Shown: positions 11,143 through 23,244 of the stretch, one piece after another
Layout of the letters: every line of letters begins with the position of its first letter
How positions within the stretch are numbered: position 1 is the stretch's first letter
Assembly: GCA_977018835.1 (NCBI GenBank)
Contig: OZ361256.1
Coordinates: 6,634,001 to 6,698,000 of the forward strand
Source of the DNA: Minutocellus sp. GHC0000111
Taxonomy: Eukaryota
Reading direction: 5' to 3'
DNA: 64,000 nucleotides
Notes under the pieces: generated by a model
Told to the model about the DNA's origin: nothing
Seen by the model: the letters and a program-made list of their open reading frames with translations, nothing else
Database searches by the model: none
Program-made: the position numbers and the translations under genes

Positions 11143-14100
11143 ATGGTCGTCGCGTCGGTGCCCCTTTGGGTCTGCCACTCCTCCTCGGCCGAGCGTCCGT
11201 CCCAGCTTTCCGGTGCTGGCGGTAGCGGCAGCGGCGGTCTGCTCCCCGGCGCCGGCGCCGCCATCCCGGGGCAGGACTCCACCAGCACCAGCTCTGGCTC
11301 CAATTCAATCGCCGAGGCCCAGCGTCTCCTCACCCTCAACGCCGGTCCCGGCAGCCGCCGCGCTCCGGTGTACAGCTGCGACGTCCACCCGTCGGGCACG
11401 CGGTTCGTTACGGCCGGCGGCGATGGCAAGGTGAAGATTTGGGGCCTCGGCAGAGTCTTTGTCGAGGCTGCTGCGGCAGGTGGTGGTAATGGCGATGGTG
11501 AGGGTGGTGAGAGTGGTGGCAACGGTGCAAACAAACCATCATCAGGCAGCAGCAGCAAGAAGAAGCTGGCCAGCTTCGACGGGAGGGGCCGGTATCTGCA
11601 GTCGGAGTCGTCGACGGAGGCCAGCAGCGCCGTGGAGGAGAGCGCCGACGAGCGGCAGCGGCAGCCGTTAGGGCAGCAGCAGAAAAAGATGACGACAACA
11701 ACGACCACCCCGCCGGCTGCTACTATCGGCATCAATACTGCAGCTGCTGCTGCCAGCGTGAGTGCCAGCAAGCCCGCCGCCACTGCAGCAGCCACAGCCG
11801 CCACAGCCGCTGGGACGACGGCCAAGATGATGACCGTCACCAGCACCAAGGACGGAAAGAAGAGGAAGCGGGCCGTACTGCTCAGCACGGTGCCGTTCGA
11901 TGCGGCGGATGGCGGTGATGGTGGTGGTGGTGGCACTGGCGGTGGTGCCGATACTACAGCTGCTGCCACTGCGGGGACTCCTGATGGAGCCACGGCCAAA
12001 GCTACTGGGGAAGGAGGTAATGCTGTTGGTAACGTCGCATCATCGCCTCCGCGAGGTGGCACCGTCGGCTATGGGACTGCAACTGCAAATAACAACAAAA
12101 CCACCTTTGCCTCGCCGGGTACTCTCGGCGGCACCACCGGGTTTGGGAGTGATGCATCGGCCGCAGCAACAACAGCAACAACAATATCAACACTCGCCCA
12201 CGACATGGAGGTGGGGACCAAGAACCAGCTCCTGTGCACCCTGTCCTCCCACTCGGGATCGGTGCTGTCCGTCCGCTGGTCGTCGTCGGGTACCTACCTC
12301 GCCTCGGCGGGAGACGATGCGCTCGTTCTCATCTACGCCAAGGCGGCGGCGGCTGCCGCCGCCAAATCGGCCCACTCCGGCGGGGGCAACCTCGTCGGCA
12401 GCAGCAGCGCCGTCCCCGACGTGGAGCACTGGTCCCGCATCCGCATCTGCCGGGGTCACAACTTGGACGTTGTGGGGTTGGCCTGGTCTCCCGACGACAG
12501 CCATCTCGTCAGCTGCAGTTTGGATTCGGCGGCTCCCATTTGCGTTTGGAGGTTGAACCTGAATTCTTCTAGTGGTGGTGGCAGTAATGGAGGTCGAGGT
12601 GGAGGCATGATGGGCGCCAGCCCAGCGCGCTTCGGTAGTCCCTCCCGGCCGGGCAGCGCGGGTGGCGGTGCCAGCGCCATCCTTGCCCCGTACAAGGCGC
12701 TTTCGGCAAGTGCGGGAGAGGAGGGTCACACATCGACCGTCAAGGGTGTGGCATTCGATCCTACCGGGAAGTATCTGGCCAGTAGCGGGGATGACCCGTC
12801 CGTCTGCATCTGGCGCGCCTACGACGATTGGGGACTCGAGGCCAAGATCGATCAGAAGGATGGCATTTTCGGCACCCCGACGACGGCGGGCGGCAATGGT
12901 GCCAAGGCCACGGAAGAGCAGCAGCAGCTGGCATCGCTCAGTCTGTTCCGCCGCATATCCTTCTCCCCCGACGGTGTTCACGTATGCGTCACCAATGCGA
13001 CCGTCAAGGGCAAGTCCGTCGCGTCCACCGTCAGCAGAGATGGTTGGAGGACGGCCAATGAAAAGCCTCCTCCCATGGGAGCCGCCAACCTCGTCGGGCA
13101 CAAAGCCGCGGTCGTTATAAGCCGTCATTGTCCGTACTTTATCGACGGCAAGAAGGTTCGGAAGCGCCCCGGTGGTGGTGCGGGGTCATCGTCCGAGTCC
13201 TCGGAAGAATCATCGGAAGATGAAAACACCGAGCCCAAGTATGCAACCCTCCTTGCCCTTGGTGACAAACGTGGTTTCGTGACGGTCTGGTCCACGACGG
13301 GCCGTCGTCCCATCTTCAAGGCGCAAGTCAGTGAATCCAGATGCACCGTGACAGATTTAAGCTGGGCTCTCATGCCGTCATCCACACCATCGGCATCTGG
13401 CGGATCGGTGAAGAAATCAGATATGGTGTTGCTCATCTCTCTTCTCGATGGGCACGTTGCGGCACTTCGCTTTGGAATGCCCGACGAGCTGGGATCCATC
13501 TTGCCCGAAACGCATAAGAACAAAGTTTTCCGTCTCAAGTATGGCATCAATCTGCGCGAATCGTTGGCCTCTGGAAGAATGGTGGATGCTGGTGCTGATA
13601 AGCCTCGTCTTATAGAGAATGCTCTACAGCTCACCCTAGAGGAAGATGGCATGGGAGGCGCAGGATCTTCTTCCGATGAAGACGAAGCCACGAACGATAG
13701 GGTCGCAGCTCTTCGGAGGCAAATTGACGACCGAGCTGCTGCCTCCGAGACCGGTGCCAGCTCCAAGAAGCGATCCAAGCCAGTTCTAATGTCAGCCAGC
13801 AGCGGTGCGCGAACGAGTGAGGAGGAGGGAGATATTGCACGCGAGAGCGATGGCCAGCCGAGTAAGAAGAAAAAGAAGAAACAAAAGGAAGGTGAATCCT
13901 CGATCAATGCCGCCCTTAGCAGTGCGGCACGAGCTGCCGAGACTGCTGAAAATTTATCCAAGAAAACAAGCAACAACAATGCTGCTGGGGAGGAAAAGAA
14001 GGACGACGCTGGCCAGCCGCCTTCTGGCAACGGCGGCAACTCTTCCTTGGGACGTCATCCTCACCCATCTCAAGACCACCAAATCAACCGAGTCGATCGC

Positions 14101-15515
14101 GCCACAGGCCGTCAAGTATCCCTCGGACCTTTAATGTCTGTTCCTACTCAACGAGTATTTTCTGTTGATCTCCCTCTACCACAAAAGGATCGCGCAGCCG
14201 TTTCCCCCCTGGGAGAGGCGAACGAAGAAAGCTCTCCTACTCCACCCCTCGTTGCCGACTGCAGCAATGTTTCCATTGCAAGTTCGACATCTGGCAGAGG
14301 CCAAGGTCAAGTTCCTTCCATCAATCTGACGATATCACAACAAGGCCAAGTCAAGTATCGCAAAACCATCCTTGGGGCAACAGCTACGGCCCTAGTTGCT
14401 ACCGAATCTATGCTCGCAATTGGTACATTTGATGGTAGTATCTATCTTTACGGGACGAGCCCAACTATTGGCTGGAAGTCCGCTCTTGCCTTTCGCTGTC
14501 ATGCTCCGATTATTGTTGGGGGCAGCGTAGTTCGAATGAACCTTCATGAGACATCATCTACCGACTCTTCTTCGCAGGGGGCGGTCGAAATGCTGGTGGT
14601 AACCGCAAATGGCGATTTCGGTCTCTACAATCTTGTGCCCAAAGCTTCTCTTGCTTATCGAGGAACTGTCCTCCCACCGATGGAGCACATGCGGCTATCC
14701 AGTAACGATGTCGGTGCTCATCGACACAGGTCTCGTTCGCAAGAGACTTTGCCGGAGATCGCAAGGATCACCGTCACCGATTCTGGGCGACTCCTTCTGC
14801 TTCTATCCTACTCGTCGTCATCCGCAATCGCGCCTGGTGGTGGCGCCCCCCCACTGGACGTCAGCGTGGTGGTGCAACGGGAGGCGCTGTTGCGATTTCC
14901 CTTCCCGGTGGAAATATCCAAGCCTTTGTTTACGACCACGATCTCAAGCTATGGGTACGTGTGTCGGATTCCAGATTTACGTTATCGGACTTTTACGATG
15001 ATACTCGTCAGCGTAGCGGGCCGCTTGCCAAGATCGAGTCGGTCACTCGAGCTGCCCTCGGACGAGCGGTGGGCCTCTCGTCTTCGTCACTTTATCGACA
15101 GGGCAGCGCTGACGGTACTGCCGCAACTCTCCGTGGGACTGTATCTCGGTCGCATTGCGAAGATCGTATGGCCTGTGCCTTGGCCCTTGCTTCCAAGACT
15201 GAGTTTGAGCACTGGCTTGGACTCTACGTTCACCGCTTGGCTCAAGACGGCAACGATGGTCATCTTCGCCTTCTGGTCGACATGCTTCTTGGGAAGAGCG
15301 CCGATGCAAATACTAGTTTCGATGTCGGTCTTGACGATGCTGCAACAGACGGCGCCGAAGATGCATCCTTCTGCTGGTGGCTCTCGTCGGCCGAATCCAT
15401 CCTGGGTTTGGATCGCAAGACGGCCTTCAGGAAGATCGTGCTGCCGGAAATGTCCAAGAACAGGGCGCTCCAGAGACTCACCAATGAAGTGGCCACAGAG
15501 CTGAATTCATTGTAA
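11143..15515 (+). CDS. HIRA: Histone H3.3 chaperone HIRA (WD40 repeats plus Hira C-terminal domain); frameshift near a C7 run at 14846-14852
   Basis: VYSCDVHPSGTRFVTAGGDGKVKIW, GHNLDVVGLAWSPDD, GHTSTVKGVAFDPTGKYLAS, FRRISFSPDG. After the shift: AFVYDHDLKLWVRVSD, SHCEDRMACALAL, EFEHWL, ILGLDR. Confidence 0.95.
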
Positions 15516-15546
15516 ATTTACATGTAGTTTCGATTTCATCGCATTA

Positions 15547-17047
15547 TAGAGTGATTTCACGAGAGAGCAGACACCCCCTCCGCGATGTTTCGTAAACATT
15601 GCACCAACTTCCTTTTATTGATGATCCTTACTCAGAAGGGTATTGTAGACCATAATCAACAATAAAAGGAAGTTGGTACAATGATCTTGGTGCTCTTTTA
15701 GCACATGATATAGATACGGTATTAGAGTGTTTCTTTTGGTACACTATTGTTTGAAAATTTATTTTTATGTCGTAGAATACACTTGTGCTGTTTCAAGAAA
15801 GAAAAAATACATCAAACTTTATAACGAAACAAAACCCATTTCGTTCAACGAATGGGGCCACAACATGTGTCGCCGACGTGCCTCCCATTGAGAACAATCA
15901 AGACTACGGGGCACCATACCCTTGTAATAGCCTTTCACAACACTGTGGTGCAGCAGGAGACTTGCAATTACTTTTTTGAGCCTTGAAAAATTCGTTCGCG
16001 TTAGACCCGATTTTTTCGACAGTTTCCGACGTTCCATCACGACCATGTTCGCCCGATGTACAGCACCACCCCGGCCATCGCATACACTCTGACCACCTAG
16101 ATGCCTTCCTGAATATTACTGGAAGGGATTTTTGGGCGATAGCGGTGCGTCGGTGCGTGCCTGTACCGCGAAATGTGGCCCAGCGCCATTACCACCCCCA
16201 TTACACCACCCATCCGAAAGTTGGTCCGGATGCTTTTATGCGGTCCATGCACCACTTCCGTTGCACTGAGCCGTCGACGCTTCACCCACATATATACCAA
16301 GCGCATTTGAGTGGGGGGTGGTGGCATTTCTTGACAATTCATAGAGAAAACTATTCCCAAAGTCCCGTGTCTGATGTCGGCACCAGATTTCACCTTCATT
16401 GCTTCTGCCGCCCGAGAGGAACGAAACCGGAGAAAGCGGCCAAACCAACACGTGAGATCGATGGATGTAATATAGAATGAGCATCGTGCGTGCTGATATT
16501 GCGTGAAGGAACAGTGGTTGAGGCTTGAAGGGGGTTGTAGTTGGGGATTTGCTACTTTCAGATGTTTTTGCTTTCCATGGTGACGGCCACAATGATACAA
16601 AGATGGGGCCCAATATCGACCCTCTGGCGCAAACTTGCTCCCAATATTACCCAAGTGAAAGTAATGCCGGTCAGGGAGGATTGAAATGGATGTAGACACG
16701 CATCAGCCATCATTCTTTGCCATTTTGAGGGTAAAAAAATATTGAAAATTTCTGGGCATGAGGAGATGTTGCTAAAATAGCACATGATGTACGAATGAGT
16801 TTGCTTTCAAGTATGCAATACTCACCTAACGCATGTAGTTGGCGTATACATCGGTTGGCTTGGAGTTATTTATCGTTATACCATCATTTGGTGGCCTTCT
16901 TGTGGAGATGAATTCTCCTTGCTTTCGCCGTGTTGAGAGAGGCCATTTAGTGGGTTCATTTTTGCGCTGCATAAAGTATCGCACAAAAATTTCCTAGTGC
17001 CTTACTATTTACGGCGATTTTGTCGGCGGTCTCGTGGAATCACTCTA
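15547..17047. mobile_element. Non-autonomous ~1.5-kb TIR DNA element flanked by TA
   Basis: Left TTATAGAGTGATTTCACGAGAGAGCAGACA (15544-15573) versus reverse complement of 17021-17050 TTATAGAGTGATTCCACGAGACCGCCGACA: 26/30 identical. No recognisable ORF inside. Confidence 0.7.
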
Positions 17048-17573
17048 TAAAGGAAAGGGTGCACGGTAGATTCGTACCGGTATCAATTGGTTAACGATAA
17101 AAAGTTATGGTTCTCTCTACTGCAGACATGTAGATCTACTCACGCCACAGAGAGGCAGGCATGAATGCGATAAACGGGGATTTCCCCGATTTCATACGAA
17201 AAGGGGCATCCTTCAAATCATCTCGCCGCGCCTCATGTTCGAATGTTGCTGAGCGCGTACCTTTCGAGTTCAGAGGATTTGAAAGTGACGTGATGATGAC
17301 GTATTAGAAACACGACAACACCAGACCAAAAATCCCAGCTCACTTTTTCTAACTCCGAGGAATAAATGACGGCCAAGATGGAAGTCGGGGCAAGAACCAA
17401 GTTATGGTCACCAACTTCAACATATAGTCGAGAGATATTGTGCACCAGAACCAATAAATGTACATTATGTGATGATTTTTTTCGACATTTGCATTCCTCA
17501 CCCCGGGAAAAAATACATTTTTGGAAGCACCAAATCAAAATGTAATGAATAGAAATGGACATGCTATGATAAG

Positions 17574-20425
17574 TTATAGCAAATCAATGACTCCATCGTC
17601 TTCATCATTTTCATCTATGTCGTCCTCAATGTCATCATCTTCGCCGGGAGCATCAATTGGCCAGAGTGGTTCACCATCCTCTTCAGCTTCTTCCTCGGCA
17701 ATTTTTGCGAGGGACCAGCCTTTCCCCGTCTGGTCTCCACAAGATGATTGTTACCGCCACGACTTCTCTTGATGTTGTTATATATCACTGGAAGTTTTCC
17801 AAATACATTGAGAAAGGCCTCTTTTGATGCGACATTGGCCCATACTTTCTCATCACAGTCTTGTCAAGAGCATTCGCATCATTCTTCTGACCGCGATGCT
17901 CCTTTTCGACGGCCGACTGCAAAGACATCCAGATGCCGAGATCAAGAACATTTGTCTCGGGCGACCGAGGAACCTGCTGGATTATCTCAATCTTATATTT
18001 GTTTTTGAGGTCCTCGGTGTACTTCTCAACTGCTTCATTGGACCCATGACCGCCGGCATTGTCCATCATAAGATGTGTGACATCAGACTCCTGAATGTTT
18101 TTTGTGGATCCCACTTCACCCAATGATGTGCGTCTCGAATCGCCTTCCCGACCTCATTCATAGTCTCCAACATCCATTTGGAGTCGCAGCTACAGTCCTT
18201 GGTAACCTTATCGCCCCGTTGATACCGCACCCCGAGCTCAAGGTCGTCGATCTCAACCTTCACCTTCTCTCCATTGCTATCAGGAGTGTGTCGCTTGAGA
18301 CTCGAGATCTTTTGATTGTAGCCAACAGCGGCATGCTTGCGACTTTTTGCCTGACCGTCGGATTTATTGTCCTCGTGTTGAAGTTCCAATCGCTCTGTAA
18401 CAAACTCAGAAAGGCCGTAGATTTCGGCAATGTGGTCGCAAAGATGGCCGGCGGTCATGTCAGCATTCTCGTCGTAAATGTCGTCGCGCCAATCTTTGTC
18501 ATTTTTTAGCGCATCGTTGACCTTAGCATCTGGAGAGAAATTCTGATTACGCGTAAGCTTTTCCACCTTCTGCTCCCTGGCGACTCTCTTGATCATGATG
18601 CGCCCATTGAAATCAACGTCTTTGGTTTCATCCTTCATTGGTCGGCCAACAACTCCAAGATGCATAACTTTGACAGGGTGTCTTCTGGATCGAATTTTCG
18701 GGCTTGCCTCGGAAGCATGGATGGACGCGAGGTTCGGACCACTTAGTTCTTCGTCAGAAAGTGGCAACATCTTGATCTTTCGTCGCCGAGCAGTAGTGTA
18801 AAACCACTTTTCATCAAGACACGCTACAGGAATGTTGGGATCGGTCGTAATGTCCTCCCACTTTTCGATCCAATCAAGTCGCTTCCTGCAATGTTCGGGG
18901 GTGAGCCTCGGCTTCTCGATCGACGACTTCTCCTTGCCTTTTCCACCAGCGAAAAAGCTGAAGACGATGGAGACTAATTGTCAGCCTATCTTCATCTGGA
19001 GTAGCTGATTTTGCGCTCATACAGTCAGCTAGCTCCTTAAAGGTTGCCATCGCACCCTTCATCCGAGTAGCATGCCGACACAGCTCGCGGAGACATCCTG
19101 GCTCCTTCCTTCTCCTCGATCATGTCCGTGCATGCCTTCCTTCCACGAACCTCCTTTCTGCCGATGGGATTGCTGATGCCATCAGCAAGGCTTTTGTAGA
19201 GCTGGTCTCTCCACTTGTAAAGCTGAGAACCACCGGTTGACTTGGCACAACCGTGATCGTGCGCAACTTGCCGACACGCGGCAGTTGCAATTTGTTGCCG
19301 GTCTTCATGCGTGCGAGTTGGGTCGCCGTGTCCCCACCAATCCGCGAGAGCCACGGCGCTGAACCGCATTCTTTCATTCGCCTGCTTTTCTTTTCTGATT
19401 GGTGTTGGTTCGGTGACGGTTGCATTGGGACGAGGAGGACGGAGCATGTCATCGTTGGCCATCCGAACAACAAAGTCGAGGCCGAGAGCGACCTTTACCT
19501 GTTCATCAATGTCACTGGAGGTGGCACAGACAACGGAAGTATCGGCTCCTCCTAAACCTTCATCATTGGGGGAGGCTGCAGCTGCTTCAGTGGCGGAAGT
19601 GTCACCAGTTCCCTTCAGCATGCTGAGGAGACTTGCTGGCATCCAACCCAGTTTCTTGGCCTCGTCGACTAGTGATTTTACTCTTGCTTCGCAATGCGCT
19701 GACTGTGCCTCCTTTCTGTGAGCTGACAACCTCTCACCTAGCTTAGTAGCTAAGACAGTCGAGCGCCCAGAGAACAGAACTTCATCGGGATTTCTTTTCT
19801 CGTGCACCTTCTGTCCCTCCGGTCCAGAGAATTTCGGGTGGTTGTCCTCCTTCTTTTTACGCAACCTGTGAGCACAAACACAAAGCGCCCTGCGTCTTGT
19901 CTTCTTCCCTCTCGGCCGACACGTCGACAAGTGCAACTTCAAACTACAATGCTCCTTGAGATGTTGCTGCATGTCCTTCCATTTTTCCTCGTTGTACTGT
20001 AGCTCATGCTTTCCTCCACCGACGGACTTGGAACGCAACAAGTCGGCCTCGATGAAAGCAGGGAGGACGTCTTCTTCCCATTTCTGCCGAGAACCAACAC
20101 AAATGTCATCTTTGCCGCAGGAATCGGGGGTTACTCTCCACCACAGATCCTTACCAGCCCTTCGAATGGCATCTGCTGCAAGGAGAAAGGCCATGGGGAT
20201 AGGAGGAGGGGCCGTCCTCTTCTTCGCCGACGACGGTGACGGTTTGGCGGATGAATTTGACCGTGGCCGCTTCTTCGACGTGTTTGCGCTCGGCGATGGT
20301 GTTTTCGGCTCAGCTGCCGCCTTTGCCGCCTTCCTGGATGCCTTGGTGTTGCCTCTCTTGCTCCCTGAGAACGAAGTTCTGCTGCGTTTGTATTTTTTGG
20401 GCGTGGTCTGGTTGGTCGTCGTCAT
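17574..20425 (-). pseudogene. Tc1/mariner (ITm) superfamily transposase of the DD39D type, frameshifted
   Basis: LDEKWFY (first Asp), KVMHLGVVGRP, MDNAGGHG...QQVPRSPETNVLDLGIWMSLQS. I count 39 residues between the second and third Asp. Multiple frameshifts. Confidence 0.85.
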
Positions 20426-20803
20426 CGTCACAAAATTTGCGGGTTGCGGTGAGGGTGTGCGGGGGACCAAAAAATATATGTGTTCCTGCCAGAATCTGCT
20501 GGACCTGCGAATTCAGTGGATACTACTGGTCGGTGGCAACCTACTGAATGAGCAGGTCCAGTAGATATCCACGAGTTGAGGAGCATTTGCGTTCCTCCCG
20601 AAGAGAATATCGACTAACAAAACACGTGGTGGGAAATGAGAAATGGGTGCAAGAATGACCTTTTTTAGGGGTTATTGGTACGAACTCTACAAATCCTCTG
20701 AAACCGAAAGGTGTCCAGCCAAGCCATCGGAAGCAACCAACGAAGCAGAAGACGCAAACGCGTAACAACTTCAAACGCTAATTCGCAAAAGAGAGAGAAA
20801 ACA

Positions 20804-22940
20804 ATGTCGTTGGAACCTCATGGCCGTGCCACCGCTGATGGGAGGCAGCAGCAGCAGCAAAGCCCTAAGTCGTGGTCAATTGCTCGAGGGACGAGCGATG
20901 AACGCCAGGCTGCTGCCACAAGCGGAGGTGCTAGCACCACGGCCAACACCCTCGCCAACTCCAGCGCATTGTTCAACGGCGCAGCTCTACTGTTAGATGC
21001 CGCTACACGAGCTGGTGGCTCCTCAATTCACGGCCTCGTCGACCCAATGCCGACGCACACCACCATCACATCCAAACAACAGGAAGCAATGACGAGTAAG
21101 GCCAAGGTGATGAATAAGAACGTACCGCACACTACTACGATGAACTTTGGTAACCCGACGGGCGCGGCTATCACCATCGATGGATCGTCACAGCATTATG
21201 ATTGCCATGGTATGCTAGTAGGCAACTCTAGTGATCCTTCTTCCAACAAATCGTCGAGCAATGCCAATGGTCAACTTTATGCGACGGTGCATCCTGGGTT
21301 CTGGAGAATGGAAGGCAAAGGCACGGCCAATATTCTCGTCAAGATTCGCATGAAGGTATGTGCCGTAGGTTGTTATTTTTATCCAATTCCAATCGATTCT
21401 TTCTATTCAATTCATTCATAATCAAGCGCTCACACTTCCGCCATCTCATTTGCCCTCATCGCCATAATACCACAGGATGCCATCGCCACGAAGAAGCCCT
21501 TAATATCGGCGAATGCCAATGCCAATGCGAATCCCGAGCTGTATGCCACACTTCCGCCCGGGTTCTGGAAGACCGGGGGCAAGAACATGGCCACAACAAG
21601 TACCAAGGTCCGAGTGAAGATTCAAGAGAAGGTATGTACATTTTGTGGCTGTTTTCATATATGCCATGTTGCTGGTTGGTCGTGGCACCCGTCTATCGAT
21701 GAAATCAATTCCATTCCATCACCTCAAAATACAAGTTCGTACCGGCTTACTCTCTTGAAATCCCCGTCACAAATAACAGGATGCCACCAAGAAGTCCTTG
21801 GCACCGAGCAAGAAGAAGGCCACCGGCACCAAAACAACAACGAAGACGAAAAAGAAGGATAAGGACCTTCCCGCTGGTGTCCGCCGCAAGGATGACAAAT
21901 ATATGGTGTCCGTCTGCTTGCCAATCAGCACGAGGCTCCCGGCCAAGAAGAGAGCTAATCAGGTGCTTCACGATATGTCTGCCGAAGAAGCTCTAGAGCG
22001 AGCAAACCAAGGTCCACAAAACGCAGATTATCCCCGCAGCAAAAAGCCCAAGGCCGACGAAAAGTCCTTGCCGCTCAAGAAGCGCCGTCTCATAGTATTC
22101 GAGGAAAGCCCCCCAAAGCAGAACCATGAGGGTGTGCAGGAGCAGGTGGATGAGTATCGGCAGAAGCAGAAGGAGCAGCTAAAGCAGAAGGAGCAGCTGA
22201 AGCAGAAGGAGCAGCAGAAGGAAGTGCAGATCCAGCCTGCTGCAAAGGAGGGCATGGAAGTCAATCATTGGACTCGCCCCTCTCCTCAGTTGAGTGCACC
22301 TTCTCAGAGTTTTATGACCGACCAAGCTATGAAGCTGCGTTCAACTTTGAATGAGCTCATCAACAAAGGTGTGATTGAATGGCGGCCATCTGGTCTGTCC
22401 TTCATGATCAAAAAGCCCGATTTCCTCCGAGCCTCCGACTTCACTTCTCTCTCTGCCTGGGGATTCGATCAGATCAGAGGCGGCGATGACCTTGGAGCCA
22501 TTATCCACCCAAACTATCGGCGCGACCAGCCGACCCTACCTCTGCTTCCCACCCGTCGGTCTGCCAAGACAAATTATTGTCTTTCTATCGCTCAGGACCG
22601 CTATGGCTCTGGCACGTTCCTTGACGTTGTGATTCCCAGGCGTAGTGTATCCAATCCCTCCTCTTCTTTTGGCATTGGTCTCACGCACGACGCTGATGGA
22701 TGGACGCGAGTATACACCCGAACAGGTCAGCATGGTTGGCTGAGAGACGGCGATATCATCCACGCTGTGAATGGGGAGAAGATGTTTCTCCCGAACAGTC
22801 TCTTGTTCAGCCCAGCGCATCAGCAGAAGCCAATGCTCCATGCGATCGTCGTCATGGCCTGTCGTAGAACGCCTTCCGGGATGCCATTGACGCTACGTCT
22901 ATTTCGGGAGAACAAATCTGCTGTGACCACATCCATCTAA
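20804..22940 (+). CDS. Three-exon gene (introns 21356-21475, 21632-21779) with a degenerate HSF-type DNA-binding domain and a C-terminal PDZ-like domain
   Basis: Phase-0 GT-AG introns give one continuous frame. HSF-like: VIEWRPSGLSFMI...LSAWGFDQIRGGDDLGAIIHPNYRRDQP. PDZ-like: SFGIGL...LRDGDIIHAVNG. Confidence 0.75.
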
Positions 22941-23244
22941 CAAGTGTGGTGACCGGATTGGCATCGAGGAAGGGTTCAATTCTGTTGGTGAGAAAAGGAG
23001 AAATAAATGTTCAGACATTGTGAAAGTTGTGGAAACAAGAGAAAGGAGGCCATATTGGTAAGATGTCGGAACTCGCACTTACTTTTACAATATACTTGTT
23101 GCTTTCTTGAGAAGTACGTTGTGACGTAATTTTGCTGTGATGTCTGTATCCGTAGTCAAACGGCCTCGGGAGAAGAAATAGATAAAAATAATGCATTGAA
23201 TCGTTGTAATATCTCCAAGTCCAATGCAATTGCCCTTCCTCTTA

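Noticed and set aside
14846..14852. Programmed frameshift in HIRA
   Set aside because: The break coincides with a C homopolymer and similar breaks occur in other genes, so a consensus indel error is simpler.
15983..16785. ORFs inside the 1.5-kb TIR element as a transposase or Fanzor/TnpB
   Set aside because: No DDE or RuvC motifs recognised, and the compositions look like random open frames.
17100..20700. Terminal inverted repeats for the DD39D element
   Set aside because: Only an ~8-bp match (ACCAATAA) was found, too weak to define the ends.
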